NCBI GenBank assembly: GCA_041660025.1
Contig: JBAZXD010000001.1
Coordinates: 305,851 to 369,850, forward strand
Length of the DNA stretch: 64,000 bases
Origin: Minisyncoccota bacterium
GTDB taxonomy: Bacteria; Patescibacteriota; Minisyncoccia; Phycocordibacterales; Phycocordibacteraceae
Reading direction: 5' to 3'
Of this stretch, positions 38,360 through 48,594 are shown one piece after another (position 1 is the stretch's first letter; every line of letters begins with the position of its first letter). The position numbers and the translations under genes were made by a program. Below the pieces are notes generated by a model. The model did no database searches, was not told the DNA's origin, and saw only the letters and a list, made by a program, of their open reading frames with translations.

Positions 38360-38632
38360 TCATCGCTTCGGCCATACATATGCGGCGGCTTTTTTGAACA
38401 AGCTCCCCAGACCGAAAACGATGAGCGCACCGGCAAAGAAGAGTCCATCCAGCCAGTCTTCAACCTTTGAATCCTTCATTACGAGTTCTTTTTCTTTCGG
38501 CGGCAAGCTGGCGAGAGGACCTTCTTGATAAAGACCGAGATCCTCCATCACAAGCAGCACATATGCCATGATATTCTGCCGAAAAAGGTACAGGACCAAA
38601 ACAACGAGCAGAAAAATCGTCACAACAATCAT
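38360..38632 (-). CDS. Hypothetical membrane protein (2 TM)
   Basis: Two hydrophobic segments; G-rich SD-like motif; TTGATT-16-TATCCT upstream. Confidence 0.6.
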   Translation of the reverse strand: MIVVTIFLLVVLVLYLFRQNIMAYVLLVMEDLGLYQEGPLASLPPKEKELVMKDSKVEDWLDGLFFAGALIVFGLGSLFKKAAAYVWPKR

Positions 38633-38715
38633 GTCGTCCCCCAGGTTGGTGGATGAAGCGAATTTGCCCGTGTTTAGGATACTACTAGTATCGAAATAAT
38701 CAACACATTTTTAAT

Positions 38716-38790
38716 TGGTGACCCTACTGGGAATCGAACCCAGCTTCCAAGCTTGAGAAGCTTGTGTCCTAACCGATAGACGATAGGGCC
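38716..38790 (-). tRNA. tRNA-Glu(CTC), CCA encoded
   Basis: Reverse complement GGCCCTATCGTCTATCGGTTAGGACACAAGCTTCTCAAGCTTGGAAGCTGGGTTCGATTCCCAGTAGGGTCACCA. Confidence 0.96.
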
Positions 38791-38824
38791 TCAGATTTTT
38801 TATACCAAATTTTTGCATGGCGCG

Positions 38825-40099
38825 CTATGCGCGCCGTTTCCAGGCTTTTTCTTGACGGACGAGTTTCGAAACATCAGCAGGGTCGGCGAGCAGGGCCTCG
38901 ACGATGCGTTCGGTACGGATGGACTGCGAACCTTTCACCAAGATAACGTCGCCTGCTCGCACGAGCGCGGGGAGCTCGAGTGCCACCGCGCGAGCGTTAT
39001 CAAACGAAGCGACTTCGGTATTCCCGCGCGCGCCCGCGAAGGCGCGGGCGCGAATACCGACCGTGATGATGAGGTCGGCCGATTCTCCCGCGAGCGTACT
39101 GATGCGTTCGTGCTCCATAACCGAATAGCGGCCGAGCTCAAGCATATCGCCGAGCACAGCAACGCGACGTTTCGCGTTCGGGAACGCTTTGAGTGTCGCG
39201 AGCGCCTCCTCGACCGCCGCGGGCGACGCGTTGTACGAATCATCAATGATGATCGAACCGCTCTTCCCGGCGAGGAGACGCCCGCGCCCGGCCGGCGGCT
39301 CATACCTCTTCAGCGCGGTAAGCGCCTCGGAAACCGGTATCTCGAACGCGAGGGCGGCCGCGAGGGCGGCCGCGACCGGAAGAAGCTGTGTCGCCCCGAC
39401 CGAGCCGCTCACGACAAGCTCTTCTTGGACATCTTTCATATGCATCTGCGCCCGCATACCGACAACCTTTCCGTCTTCCGTATAAAAACCGGTATCGCTC
39501 AAGCGCACCGAGGCGGATGCCGCACTACCATAGGAGATAACGCGGGAGGGTGTGCGTAGGGCATTCTCGAGCGCATACGGGTCGTCGGCGGGGACGATAA
39601 GCGGCGCTCCGGCGGAGAGCGCGTAGGCGGGAGAGAATTCCTCTTCACGCACCGCCTCAGGAGAGGCGTATGCCTCGACGTGCACCGATATCTCGGGCAA
39701 TCGCGTTACGACGACGGCGTCCGGCGTCGCGATGCGCAGTATCCGCGCGAGGTCGCCCGGCTTGTCCGCGCCCGTCTCGAGTACGAGCAGGGTCGGATAA
39801 TGATTCGGCAATACGAGGAGCGCGACAGCGCTCCTCACGATAGCGAGCCAAGCGAGAGGGTCCTGCCACGGATTCCCCACGCCGAGGATAGTGAAGGGAA
39901 CGCCGAATTCACTGTTGAAGCTCTTCTCGCTCTTACGCACATAGAAGCGCGATGCGAGTACCGCCGCCACTGCATCCTTTGTCGACGTCTTCCCTACCGA
40001 CCCTGTCACCATCACGATCCTTGGAGCGTAGCGGCGCACGACCGCGCGCGCGAGGAGCGCGAGCGCGAATGCGACGATTGATTTGAATAGGTTTTTCAT
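38825..40099 (-). CDS. murF: UDP-MurNAc-tripeptide D-Ala-D-Ala ligase
   Basis: VTGSVGKTSTK, SFNSEFG, DDSYNASP, LGDMLELG, VKGSQ. Confidence 0.93.
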   Translation of the reverse strand: MKNLFKSIVAFALALLARAVVRRYAPRIVMVTGSVGKTSTKDAVAAVLASRFYVRKSEKSFNSEFGVPFTILGVGNPWQDPLAWLAIVRSAVALLVLPNHYPTLLVLETGADKPGDLARILRIATPDAVVVTRLPEISVHVEAYASPEAVREEEFSPAYALSAGAPLIVPADDPYALENALRTPSRVISYGSAASASVRLSDTGFYTEDGKVVGMRAQMHMKDVQEELVVSGSVGATQLLPVAAALAAALAFEIPVSEALTALKRYEPPAGRGRLLAGKSGSIIIDDSYNASPAAVEEALATLKAFPNAKRRVAVLGDMLELGRYSVMEHERISTLAGESADLIITVGIRARAFAGARGNTEVASFDNARAVALELPALVRAGDVILVKGSQSIRTERIVEALLADPADVSKLVRQEKAWKRRA

Positions 40100-41844
40100 G
40101 GTGTGGTAGCGGCACCTACCTGCGCTGGCAGGCCGCGATCGGGCGGTACTTCGTAATAGTCGATGAGAAAGTGCACGAGGTCAAGGAACGTCGCATCGAG
40201 CGTCTCTGACGCATAGGTAACTCCTTGTGGGTCGTTCGTGTAGAGCAGGATGATGAATCGCGGACTGTAGGAGGGGAAGAAGCCGACAAAGGAGTGGAAA
40301 AAACGGTCTGTGTAATAGCTCCCGCCCGGTGTGGTGAGCTGGGCGGTGCCGGTCTTCGCCGCCACCGACATCGTCGGGATGATGGCTTTGCCGTTCTCGA
40401 GTTTCTCGTCGACGAGCGCCGTCATCATCTCTGTTGTCTCGCGCGCCGCGGCGGCCGAGAAGACCGGTACGGTCTCGCTCCAGTCGAGCTCCCGTTCTAT
40501 ACCGGAGTTCAGGCGGACCGCGCGCACCAGATGCGGCTTCACCATCACGCCGCCGTTGGCGATAGCGCCGAGCGCGCGCATCATCTGTACCGGCGTCACC
40601 GCGATGCCCTGGCCGAAGGCGGCCGTGTCGTAGCCGATCTGCTGCGGCTTCGAGAGATTCCCCAGGAGTGCGCCGCTCTCGTTCGGCAGATCGATGCCGG
40701 TCTTCTGCCCGAACAGCTTCGTGAAGTAGGTGCGGAACTTGTCCTGTCCGAGCTCTGTCGCGAGCCATGCCGCGCCGACATTCAGGGATTGCATGATAAT
40801 CTGTTTTATCGGTATGACCCCGCGCGCTTTCGAATCCCAGTTGCAGATGCGCGCGGTGTTCACGGTGATACAGCCCGTGTCGTTGTAGGTCGTGTTCGGC
40901 ATAACGACGCCCGCATCAAGCGCCGCGGTCATCGTGAGCGGCTTCATAATGGAGCCGAATTCGTGCACGTGCTCCACGAGCGGGTTCCCGAGCAGTGCCC
41001 CGGTAATATCCTGCAGGTCGTTCGCGTCGTAGGCGGGATACTTCGCGAGTGCAAGGATCGCCCCCGTTGAGGGGTCCATAATGATGCCGCCCGATTCTCT
41101 GCTTGAGTAGCGCCGATTCAATTTCACCAAGTCGTCCTGGAGCCGCGTCTGGACCTCAGGCTCGATGGTCGTCACGATGTCGCCCTCGCGCGCGTCCCGC
41201 GCAGTAACGAGCAGATTGCCCACGTTCGAGAAAAGTTCTGCGAAGAAATTCTTATAGAGCGAGTCGCCCGAGCGGCCGAGCGTGCCGTCGTACGTCGCTT
41301 CAAGACCGGTCCGGCCCGCGAGTGTATCGCCCGAGCCGTAAGACACGATACCGATGGACTGCGCCGCGAGCGTATCGCCCGGGTACTGGCGCCAGCGCTC
41401 GCGCAGGACCTGGACGCCGGGGATGTCTTGCGCGGCGAGCGTCTTCCCCTTGTCGTCGGAAAGGCGGTGCGAAACTTCGATGTAGACCTGATTCTTCTTC
41501 AGGGTGGCGGCGAGGAATGCTTCGTGCGAGAGCATAGTGTCAGAGGAGGCGGCAATAGCAGCATATGCGGCCTCGGGGTCTTGGATCGTCTGCGGATTTA
41601 TCGCAACAAGAAAGCCGGTCGCAAGCGTCGCGGCGGAGATAAGGGTGCCGTCCTTGCGGGTAAAATAGACCGAGCCGCGGTCAAAGAGCCCGCTCCCCCC
41701 AGAAGCGAACTGCCGATCGGCCTTCAGGGTGTACTCCTCTCCGTGCACGATCTGTATGAAATAGAGGCGGATACTGATCAGGAGTGCGGCAAGAATGATG
41801 CACACGAGGATAATGCGTATGCGGGAAAGGAACTGTGCGCGCAT
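40096..41844 (-). CDS. ftsI: Class B penicillin-binding protein (FtsI/PBP3)
   Basis: GSIMKP, SLN, KTGTAQ; position in mraZ-rsmH cluster. Confidence 0.9.
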   Translation of the reverse strand: MRAQFLSRIRIILVCIILAALLISIRLYFIQIVHGEEYTLKADRQFASGGSGLFDRGSVYFTRKDGTLISAATLATGFLVAINPQTIQDPEAAYAAIAASSDTMLSHEAFLAATLKKNQVYIEVSHRLSDDKGKTLAAQDIPGVQVLRERWRQYPGDTLAAQSIGIVSYGSGDTLAGRTGLEATYDGTLGRSGDSLYKNFFAELFSNVGNLLVTARDAREGDIVTTIEPEVQTRLQDDLVKLNRRYSSRESGGIIMDPSTGAILALAKYPAYDANDLQDITGALLGNPLVEHVHEFGSIMKPLTMTAALDAGVVMPNTTYNDTGCITVNTARICNWDSKARGVIPIKQIIMQSLNVGAAWLATELGQDKFRTYFTKLFGQKTGIDLPNESGALLGNLSKPQQIGYDTAAFGQGIAVTPVQMMRALGAIANGGVMVKPHLVRAVRLNSGIERELDWSETVPVFSAAAARETTEMMTALVDEKLENGKAIIPTMSVAAKTGTAQLTTPGGSYYTDRFFHSFVGFFPSYSPRFIILLYTNDPQGVTYASETLDATFLDLVHFLIDYYEVPPDRGLPAQVGAATTP

Positions 41845-41853
41845 AGTCTCGAC

Positions 41854-42147
41854 TTACCGCAGAGCGGTTGCACTCTCCGCCCGAACGAACTCCTTCGCGA
41901 CCGGCTTCGCGTAGCCCTCTGCGCTGTAGTCGATGTTGGTAATATGCAAAACGCCCGCGAGATACCGGCCTTCGAGGACCGCAACGGCTGATTCATCATT
42001 CCTCACCGATTGCGAGAATTCGACTGTGAGCGTGGCGTAGCTCATAACAACGGCGATAAGGCCGATGTAGGCGACGAGGAGAACCGCGACCGCGCCGAAA
42101 CAAAGTGAGACGACCGAGTATGGGAGATGGAAGCGTAAATTATGCAT
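41854..42147 (-). CDS. Small bitopic membrane protein at the FtsL position
   Basis: One TM then short helical region; between rsmH and ftsI. Confidence 0.6.
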   Translation of the reverse strand: MHNLRFHLPYSVVSLCFGAVAVLLVAYIGLIAVVMSYATLTVEFSQSVRNDESAVAVLEGRYLAGVLHITNIDYSAEGYAKPVAKEFVRAESATALR

Positions 42148-43090
42148 AGGTATGGTGCGACACTACCGCGTCGACCGGTTCCCGGACGCCGAGGTTCGTT
42201 CGTTCGAAGATGCGCAGCTTCGCACTTCGCGCGCGACGGTTCGCGATGACCTCTGCGCGCGCGGGGACGATCGGCTTCTTCGGCGAGAGCATCCCGAGCC
42301 CCGCGAGCGCGGCATCGCGCAAAAGATTTTTCACGATGCGGTCCTCGATACTGTGGAACGAGATGACCGCGAGACGCCCTTCCGGCGCGAGCGCCGAGAG
42401 CGCGGCCGCGAGCCCCTCGCGTAGACTCCCGATCTCGTCGTTTACCGCTATGCGAAGTGCCTGGAAGGTCTTGGTCGCGGGATGCGTCTTGCCCTTGTGG
42501 TACCAGGCAGGCGTCCCCGCCTTGATCGCGATGACGAGGGCGCCGGTTGTGAGGATGCGCCCCTTCGCACGCGCGGCGACGATCGCGCGGGCGATAGGCC
42601 GCGCGAAGCGCTCTTCGCCGTAGGTAAAGAGAATATCAGCAAGCTCGTCTTCCGAAGAGCTGTTGACGATATCGGCGGCCGTCTCGCCACTCTCCGAATA
42701 ATTCATAAGAAGCGGCTCGTCATCCTGAAATGAAAAGCCACGCGGCGCGGCTATCTGATAGCCGCTCCACCCGAGATCAAAAAGGATCTTCGTGATCGGC
42801 GCGATCCCGAGCCGCTCAAGAATGCGCGTAAGATTGCGAAAATTATCGTTCACGATATGAGCGACCGGTCGCTCGGGTCGACGGTCCTGCGCGTACGCCT
42901 CGCGTGCCCGCTCGACGGCCGCCGGGTCGGCGTCGATGCCGACGAGGATGCCCCCCTCGCCGAGCGCGGCAAGGAGCAGGGCGAAATGCCCTGCACCGCC
43001 GATGGTCGCGTCAACGACCGTATCGCTCGGCTGTACGTCGAGCGCCTCCAGCACCTCGCTCATCAGCACACTGTCGTGGCGGGCTTCCAT
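42140..43090 (-). CDS. rsmH: 16S rRNA m4C1402 methyltransferase
   Basis: HDSVLMSE, DATIGGAGH, FDLGWS, TFQALRIAVNDE, FHSIEDRIVK. Confidence 0.96.
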   Translation of the reverse strand: MEARHDSVLMSEVLEALDVQPSDTVVDATIGGAGHFALLLAALGEGGILVGIDADPAAVERAREAYAQDRRPERPVAHIVNDNFRNLTRILERLGIAPITKILFDLGWSGYQIAAPRGFSFQDDEPLLMNYSESGETAADIVNSSSEDELADILFTYGEERFARPIARAIVAARAKGRILTTGALVIAIKAGTPAWYHKGKTHPATKTFQALRIAVNDEIGSLREGLAAALSALAPEGRLAVISFHSIEDRIVKNLLRDAALAGLGMLSPKKPIVPARAEVIANRRARSAKLRIFERTNLGVREPVDAVVSHHTYA

Positions 43091-43091
43091 A

Positions 43092-43520
43092 TCAATTCGG
43101 GCCGCCGACTTTCTCGGCGAAGGCGTCCGCATCGCGTTCAATCGCCGTCGTATACATCTTCCACGCCGCCTCGTCCCAAATTTCGATACGATTCGCGACG
43201 CCGGCGATGACCGTCTTATTCTTGAGTCCGGCAAAACTCTTCAAATGGTCGGGGACAAGCACGCGCCCAACCGCATCAACCTCCGCCTCCATCGCGCCGG
43301 CGAGGAAGAGACGCGCCAGCCCGCGCGCCGCCGCCGTCCCGCTCGCGTGTACCGCGCGGCTCCCGGCCTCTCGCTCCCACGTCTTCTTCGGATAAACGAA
43401 GAGACAATGGTCGAGGCCGCGCGTCAGAACGACGGCGCGGCCGAGACCCTTCCGGAACTTGGCCGGAAGCGAAATGCGATTCTTGGGGTCGAGCGTGTGC
43501 AGGTATTCGCCGATGAACAT
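43092..43520 (-). CDS. mraZ: Division/cell-wall cluster regulator MraZ
   Basis: MFIGEYLHTLDPKNRISLP, DAVGRVLVP, RIEIWD. Confidence 0.96.
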   Translation of the reverse strand: MFIGEYLHTLDPKNRISLPAKFRKGLGRAVVLTRGLDHCLFVYPKKTWEREAGSRAVHASGTAAARGLARLFLAGAMEAEVDAVGRVLVPDHLKSFAGLKNKTVIAGVANRIEIWDEAAWKMYTTAIERDADAFAEKVGGPN

Positions 43521-43552
43521 GTTGAAATCAGCGGGTCAGATGAGGAAACAGG

Positions 43553-43622
43553 CCACCACTCCCATTTTCCACTTCTTCCCACTAATAGGCTAGTCTACAC
43601 CACTCTCCCCCACTCTCCCTAC
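43553..43622 (-). promoter_or_regulatory. MraZ-box-like GTGG/TGGG direct repeats upstream of mraZ
   Basis: Clusters of CCAC/CCCA repeats about 10 nt apart on + strand, matching known MraZ operator layout. Confidence 0.7.
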
Positions 43623-43651
43623 CGAAGTTATCCCCACCTCCCTTCCCAAAC

Positions 43652-43680
43652 AAAAACCGGCGCGGCAAAAGCCGCGCCGG
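43652..43680 (-). terminator. Terminator after lysS
   Basis: CCGGCGCGGC-AAAA-GCCGCGCCGG with adjacent A-tract. Confidence 0.8.
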
Positions 43681-43695
43681 AGTGAGAAATCATGC

Positions 43696-45264
43696 CTATA
43701 CTACAGCTTCGTTCAAACGAGCGATGACAAAATCACGCGGGAGGCCAGCGAGGAACCATCCGGCTTTCGGTCCCGAATCGCGATTGAGGAATATGCGATA
43801 GATCGCCTGGAAAAGCTCCTTGGGCGATATGGGAATTTCGGTTTTGAGCTCATGCAGGCGCAGGTGGAGCTCCTCGCCCGTGCGTTCCCCTCCCTGCAGG
43901 TATCCGGCGAGCGCGCCGAGCGCCTTTTTCTGCGTATCGCTAAGCTCGACGTCCGGCATCTCCTCTTGCAGTTCATATTTAAATTCTTCAGGCGCGTAGG
44001 TGGCGAGCCAGAACTTCGCGTACCGGGCGCGCTCGTCGAGCGCGAGTCTTTCATCTTCGGCCAGGACGCTCCCCTTCGCACGCGTCGCCTCCTCGACAAG
44101 CGAGAGATGCGCCATCTGCACGATGAACGCCACTTCGCGAAACCGCATCTGCCACGGGGCCGAGAGCCCCGCGCGCTCCTCTGGCAATTCGCAGAGAGCG
44201 AAGAGACGTGAATAATCGTCGGCCTTTCCTTCACGCACGCCCTCCGCGAGCTCGTCATACCAGTCGTAGAGGCGCGGCACCGATTCGCCTGCCGGGTCGA
44301 CATCGATCTGTTCGCGGATATCCTTCCCGATGAGCGCGAGACGGAACACCTGTGGCGGGAAGAGGTCGCTCATATCCTTGGCCGAACTGCCTCGGCCTTT
44401 GGATGACGACATTTTCTTCCCACCGATAAGGAAGAATTCGTACGGCATATCAAAGGGCGGTTCGAAGTCGAATATCTCGCGCGCGATATGATTCGCGACG
44501 TCGCGCGAGCCGCCCCGCGTCGAGTGGTCTTTGCCGCCGCCCTCAATGTCGATGCCTTGCGCGGCCCACTTCGCCGCCCATTCGACTTTCCAGAAGAGTT
44601 TCGCCGCGCCTTTCCACGGGGCAATGCGGCCTGTGTGCCCGCAGGGCGCGCATTCGTCCGGCGAACGGTCGCAGGCGTACGCAACGGTCTCGCCGTCGAA
44701 GTCGTGCGCGCGCGTCGTCATCATTTTCCCGCACTTCTCGCACACGACCGAAACCGGCAACCACGATTCGTCTTTCCCAGATCCGGAAACTTCTTTCAGA
44801 ATTCTGCGGATGTCGTCCGCGCGTTCAAGCGCTGTCTTCATAAGCGCATCCATCTTCCCCGACCGATATAGTTCCGTCGCGCGATAGTAGCTCGGCGTGA
44901 AGCCGGCTTTCTTGTGCACAGCGATGAACTCGTCGCCGAAATATTCCGCGTAATTCTCAAATCCCGGTTCCGGGCTCGGGACCGCATACAGCGGCTTTCC
45001 TAAATGTTCCCGAAACTTTTCTACATCAAGATATCCGGGAATGGAGTCGAACGGGTCGAAGTCGTTCAGTTCAAACCGAAATTCGTTCGCAACGCCGTAC
45101 TCTGCGAGAACTTCCGAAATGAGCCCGTGGACCGCGACGCCGCGCATCGAGCCCACGTGTACGCGACCGGAGAGCGTCTTCTCGTCGCGAATGAGGAACG
45201 TCTTTCCGTCCCGCGGCGCGCGCGTATCCCGTATCTCACCCGCTATCCGGTCGGCCCACAGCAT
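43696..45264 (-). CDS. lysS: Class I lysyl-tRNA synthetase
   Basis: WADRIA, SGRVHVG, GKPLYAVPSP, KLFWKVEW, GGKDH, KMSSSKG. Confidence 0.94.
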   Translation of the reverse strand: MLWADRIAGEIRDTRAPRDGKTFLIRDEKTLSGRVHVGSMRGVAVHGLISEVLAEYGVANEFRFELNDFDPFDSIPGYLDVEKFREHLGKPLYAVPSPEPGFENYAEYFGDEFIAVHKKAGFTPSYYRATELYRSGKMDALMKTALERADDIRRILKEVSGSGKDESWLPVSVVCEKCGKMMTTRAHDFDGETVAYACDRSPDECAPCGHTGRIAPWKGAAKLFWKVEWAAKWAAQGIDIEGGGKDHSTRGGSRDVANHIAREIFDFEPPFDMPYEFFLIGGKKMSSSKGRGSSAKDMSDLFPPQVFRLALIGKDIREQIDVDPAGESVPRLYDWYDELAEGVREGKADDYSRLFALCELPEERAGLSAPWQMRFREVAFIVQMAHLSLVEEATRAKGSVLAEDERLALDERARYAKFWLATYAPEEFKYELQEEMPDVELSDTQKKALGALAGYLQGGERTGEELHLRLHELKTEIPISPKELFQAIYRIFLNRDSGPKAGWFLAGLPRDFVIARLNEAVV

Positions 45265-45289
45265 GGGCTTATCGTACCATTAAATCACT

Positions 45290-45763
45290 CTAGGCCACCT
45301 TCTCGATGGTGTAGGTCTGTTTGCCGGAGGGGGTGTCGAAGGTGAAAGAATCGCCCTTCTTCTTGCCCATCAGGGCGGCACCGAGCGGCGAGACGTGGGA
45401 GAGCTTCTTCACGCGCATATCCGCCTCCTCGCTCCCGACGATGGTGTATTCGTGCACGTCGTCGTTCCCCTCCTTCTTTATCGACACTTTAGAATTGAAG
45501 CTCACTTCGCTCTTCTTCTTGCCGTCGGTGTGTATCTTCGTATTTTTAACTAGATCTTCGAGTTTCTTGATACGTTCCTCCGTCGCGGCCTGCAGGTCGC
45601 GCGCTTCCTGGTACTCAGCATTCTCCGAGAGGTCGCCGAGCGACCGCGCGTATTCGAGGTTCTTGGCGATCTCGGTGCGGCGCACCGTCTTCAGGTGCTC
45701 CAACTCCTTAATCATCTCGTCAAATTTTTCTTGCGAGACAACGCTCTCTTGCATATCGCTCAT
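45290..45763 (-). CDS. greA: Transcription elongation factor GreA
   Basis: GDLSENAEYQEA, YTIVGSEEAD, SPLGAALMG. Confidence 0.96.
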   Translation of the reverse strand: MSDMQESVVSQEKFDEMIKELEHLKTVRRTEIAKNLEYARSLGDLSENAEYQEARDLQAATEERIKKLEDLVKNTKIHTDGKKKSEVSFNSKVSIKKEGNDDVHEYTIVGSEEADMRVKKLSHVSPLGAALMGKKKGDSFTFDTPSGKQTYTIEKVA

Positions 45764-45791
45764 ATAGTGAGGGCATTGTACGCGAGTGTTG

Positions 45792-47507
45792 TCATTGCGC
45801 AAGCACTGCGGTCGCCGCCGAGCCTCCGACGTAGGGAGAATTTTCGAGAGAGAGCGCCTCGAGGAAGTCGCGCATCGCGTTCACCGCCTGACTGCCGGAG
45901 CCTTCCGGTCCGCGCTCGAGCACGACGGCGAACGCGTACTGCGGATTCTCGTACGGAAAAAACCCTACCACCCAGGAGTTGTCATATTGATTGCGCGTGC
46001 CCGTCTGCGCGGTGCCGGTCTTCGCCGCGACGGAGACGTACGGGAAGTTGAGCGCGCTCGCGAGCGCGCTCGTCACCGTCTGGCGCATACCCTCCTGCAC
46101 GACCGTGAGTGCGGCGGAGTCGACCGGTACGGTCGTATAGGTCGGCGCCTGTTCCGCAAGCAAGGTCGGCGTGAAGAGCTTCCCCCCGTTCGCCACCGCC
46201 GCGATCGCGCGCGCCATCTGGAGCGGCGTCACCTGCACCGAATACTGCCCTATCGCGGTGAAGTACGTGTCGCCGAGATACCACGGCTCGTTAAATACTT
46301 CTTTCTTCCACGCGGGCGTCGGGATGAGCCCTGCGGCTTCCCCGGAGAGGTCGATGCCCGTCGGGTTCCCGAGACCGAACTGCGCATACCAGTACGCGAG
46401 CCGGTCGATGCCGAGCCCCTTCTGGTTCCCGAATCCGCCGCCGACCGTATAGAAAAAGATATCCGAGGACCAGGCAATCGCCTTCCGCACGTCCATCGGG
46501 CCGAGCGCCCGCCACCCTTTATAGATGAATTCCTTCCCGGGATGATACGGGTCCGGTATCGAGATGAATCCGGGGTCGTCGATGACCGTATTCGGTGTAA
46601 TGATGCCGTCGGTCAAGGCGCCGGAGGCGACGAGCGGCTTCACGATAGAGCCGGGGGCGTAGACGCCCTGCACCGCGTGATCGAGGAAGGGACGGCCGGG
46701 GTCGCGGTTGTAGAGGTCGATCGTACTCGACGGGCCGCCGCTGCTCATCACGTTCGGGTCGTAGCTCGGGTACGAGACGAGCGCGCGCACCGCGCCGCTG
46801 TGCGTGTCGAGGATGACGCCGGCACCGGCGATGAAGCGCTTACTGCTTGCCGTCTGTGCGATCGCGCGTGCAAAAAGTTTCTGGAGATCCGCGTCGATCG
46901 AGAGCTGGAGCGTCTTCCCCGCCTCCGCCCTGACGATCATGCCTTCGGAGCGGACTCTGCCGAGCGCGTCCGTCTCGGTGAGTAATTGCCCGTTCTTGCC
47001 GGCGAGGAGCGCATCATACTCAGACTCAAGACCGGCGATACCGGTCTGACTCGTATCGTAATACTTCCCGCTTGCATCCTTCTTCGGATATGAGACGTAA
47101 CCGATGACCTGGCTCAGCGACGGGTACGGATATCTGCGGACGGTGCTTCCCTGCCCGCCGCTGGATGAGTCGTCCTCCCGCGCGACGTTCTCGGCGACTA
47201 CGACGCCGTTCACGTCGGTGATGACGCCGCGCGGCGCGAAAAGAATTCTCGCTTCGAGGCTGTTGTGCGCGCTCTCAGCGGCGAGCGCCGCGCCGCGCGT
47301 GATCTGAAGGTCCCACGCGCGCACGATGAGGATAACGAAAAGGATCGAGAGTGTCGTCGCGAGTGAGAAAAATATGCTGGGCGAGAGCGGTTTCTCGAGC
47401 CTGCCTTCGAAACGTGTCCGATCGAAGGCGGACACGTTCGACGCGTCGAGGAATATCTCATCGGGCGCGATCTCCGGATCTTGCCGCTGTCTCCGTCGCC
47501 ACATCAT
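45792..47507 (-). CDS. mrdA: Penicillin-binding protein 2
   Basis: APRGVI, PGSIVKP, SSDIFFY, KTGTAQ; downstream of mreBC. Confidence 0.9.
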   Translation of the reverse strand: MMWRRRQRQDPEIAPDEIFLDASNVSAFDRTRFEGRLEKPLSPSIFFSLATTLSILFVILIVRAWDLQITRGAALAAESAHNSLEARILFAPRGVITDVNGVVVAENVAREDDSSSGGQGSTVRRYPYPSLSQVIGYVSYPKKDASGKYYDTSQTGIAGLESEYDALLAGKNGQLLTETDALGRVRSEGMIVRAEAGKTLQLSIDADLQKLFARAIAQTASSKRFIAGAGVILDTHSGAVRALVSYPSYDPNVMSSGGPSSTIDLYNRDPGRPFLDHAVQGVYAPGSIVKPLVASGALTDGIITPNTVIDDPGFISIPDPYHPGKEFIYKGWRALGPMDVRKAIAWSSDIFFYTVGGGFGNQKGLGIDRLAYWYAQFGLGNPTGIDLSGEAAGLIPTPAWKKEVFNEPWYLGDTYFTAIGQYSVQVTPLQMARAIAAVANGGKLFTPTLLAEQAPTYTTVPVDSAALTVVQEGMRQTVTSALASALNFPYVSVAAKTGTAQTGTRNQYDNSWVVGFFPYENPQYAFAVVLERGPEGSGSQAVNAMRDFLEALSLENSPYVGGSAATAVLAQ

Positions 47508-47761
47508 CCCCTGATACTACTCGCCCTCAGCCGACTGCGCACGAGGGCGGCGATGATTGACACGACGAGGCCATAGAGCGTAAAGACCGGCAGAGTACCC
47601 GCCGACGGCGCATAGTAGAGAGTGTCGGCGAAAAGGCCGACGGCGACGGGGACCAGCGGTTCGAAAAGTGAAGCGATGAGCGCAAGCAGGACCGAGAGCG
47701 GCCACGGGAAGAACAGCACGGAAACGAAGGTAGCTATCGTGAGTATGCCGTTGCGGATCAT
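47504..47761 (-). CDS. Small membrane protein at the MreD position
   Basis: 85 aa hydrophobic; overlaps mreC stop and mrdA start. Confidence 0.65.
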   Translation of the reverse strand: MIRNGILTIATFVSVLFFPWPLSVLLALIASLFEPLVPVAVGLFADTLYYAPSAGTLPVFTLYGLVVSIIAALVRSRLRASSIRG

Positions 47762-48594
47762 AACGGTGTTGAGGTGGCAGAGAAGAACGAGTCCTGCAGA
47801 GCCGTACCGGTATCGCGGAGCGAAACCCACGTTGTCGAGAAGAGATTGAACATCGGCGTGATGCGGAGCGTCACTCCAGGCGCCGATGGGTCGCTGTCGA
47901 CGCGCGCGACGATCCCGATCGGGAGCTGTCCCGGACCGGGAACGAACACTCGGTCGCCGACCGTGATGTTCGCGGAGCGCGCAAGCGATGCGCTCATCGC
48001 GCCGGCGCCGGCGCCGAAGATGTCTATCGGCACGCTCGCCTCTCCCACCCACCCGCGTGTTACCTTCCCCGGCGCCGAGAAAAGCGTTACGCGGGAGAAG
48101 TCCCTCGCGACCGCTGAAACGACACCGAGCGGCACACCTCCGGCGCCGAAAGCCTCCATACCGAGCGCAACACCGCTCTCGGAACCCGCGGCGAGCACGA
48201 GCGTGTCGTAAGGGCTCTGGGGCGGGCGCGCGACGACGCCGGCGATGAGCTCGGCGGTTCTCTGCGCGCTTGCTGTGCCGCCGAGCCCTGCGAGCGCGGA
48301 GACCTTCTGGAGCAGTGCCTGATTCTCACTCGCGAGCGCCGCGTTCTGGCTCATCAACTGTTCATTCTTTGCGGAGAGCGCGGCGGCGTCGCCGAAACTG
48401 CTGAGGAACGCGTGGTTCTTCGCGGCGATGTTCTCCGCGATGCGGAATACCGGCGCGAACGTATGCAAAAAGAGGTCCGGCGCGAGGAGTCGCACGAGGA
48501 GCGCGAGAACGGCGCAGGCGAGCGCAAGCGTGCCCCACGAGACGCTCGCGGACGAGAGGAGCGCGTTACGCTTCGCTAAGAATGTCCTCTTCAT
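47758..48594 (-). CDS. mreC: Rod shape-determining protein MreC
   Basis: TM, coiled coil (ENQAL), beta domain (GSESGVALGM, PIGIV); follows mreB. Confidence 0.85.
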   Translation of the reverse strand: MKRTFLAKRNALLSSASVSWGTLALACAVLALLVRLLAPDLFLHTFAPVFRIAENIAAKNHAFLSSFGDAAALSAKNEQLMSQNAALASENQALLQKVSALAGLGGTASAQRTAELIAGVVARPPQSPYDTLVLAAGSESGVALGMEAFGAGGVPLGVVSAVARDFSRVTLFSAPGKVTRGWVGEASVPIDIFGAGAGAMSASLARSANITVGDRVFVPGPGQLPIGIVARVDSDPSAPGVTLRITPMFNLFSTTWVSLRDTGTALQDSFFSATSTPL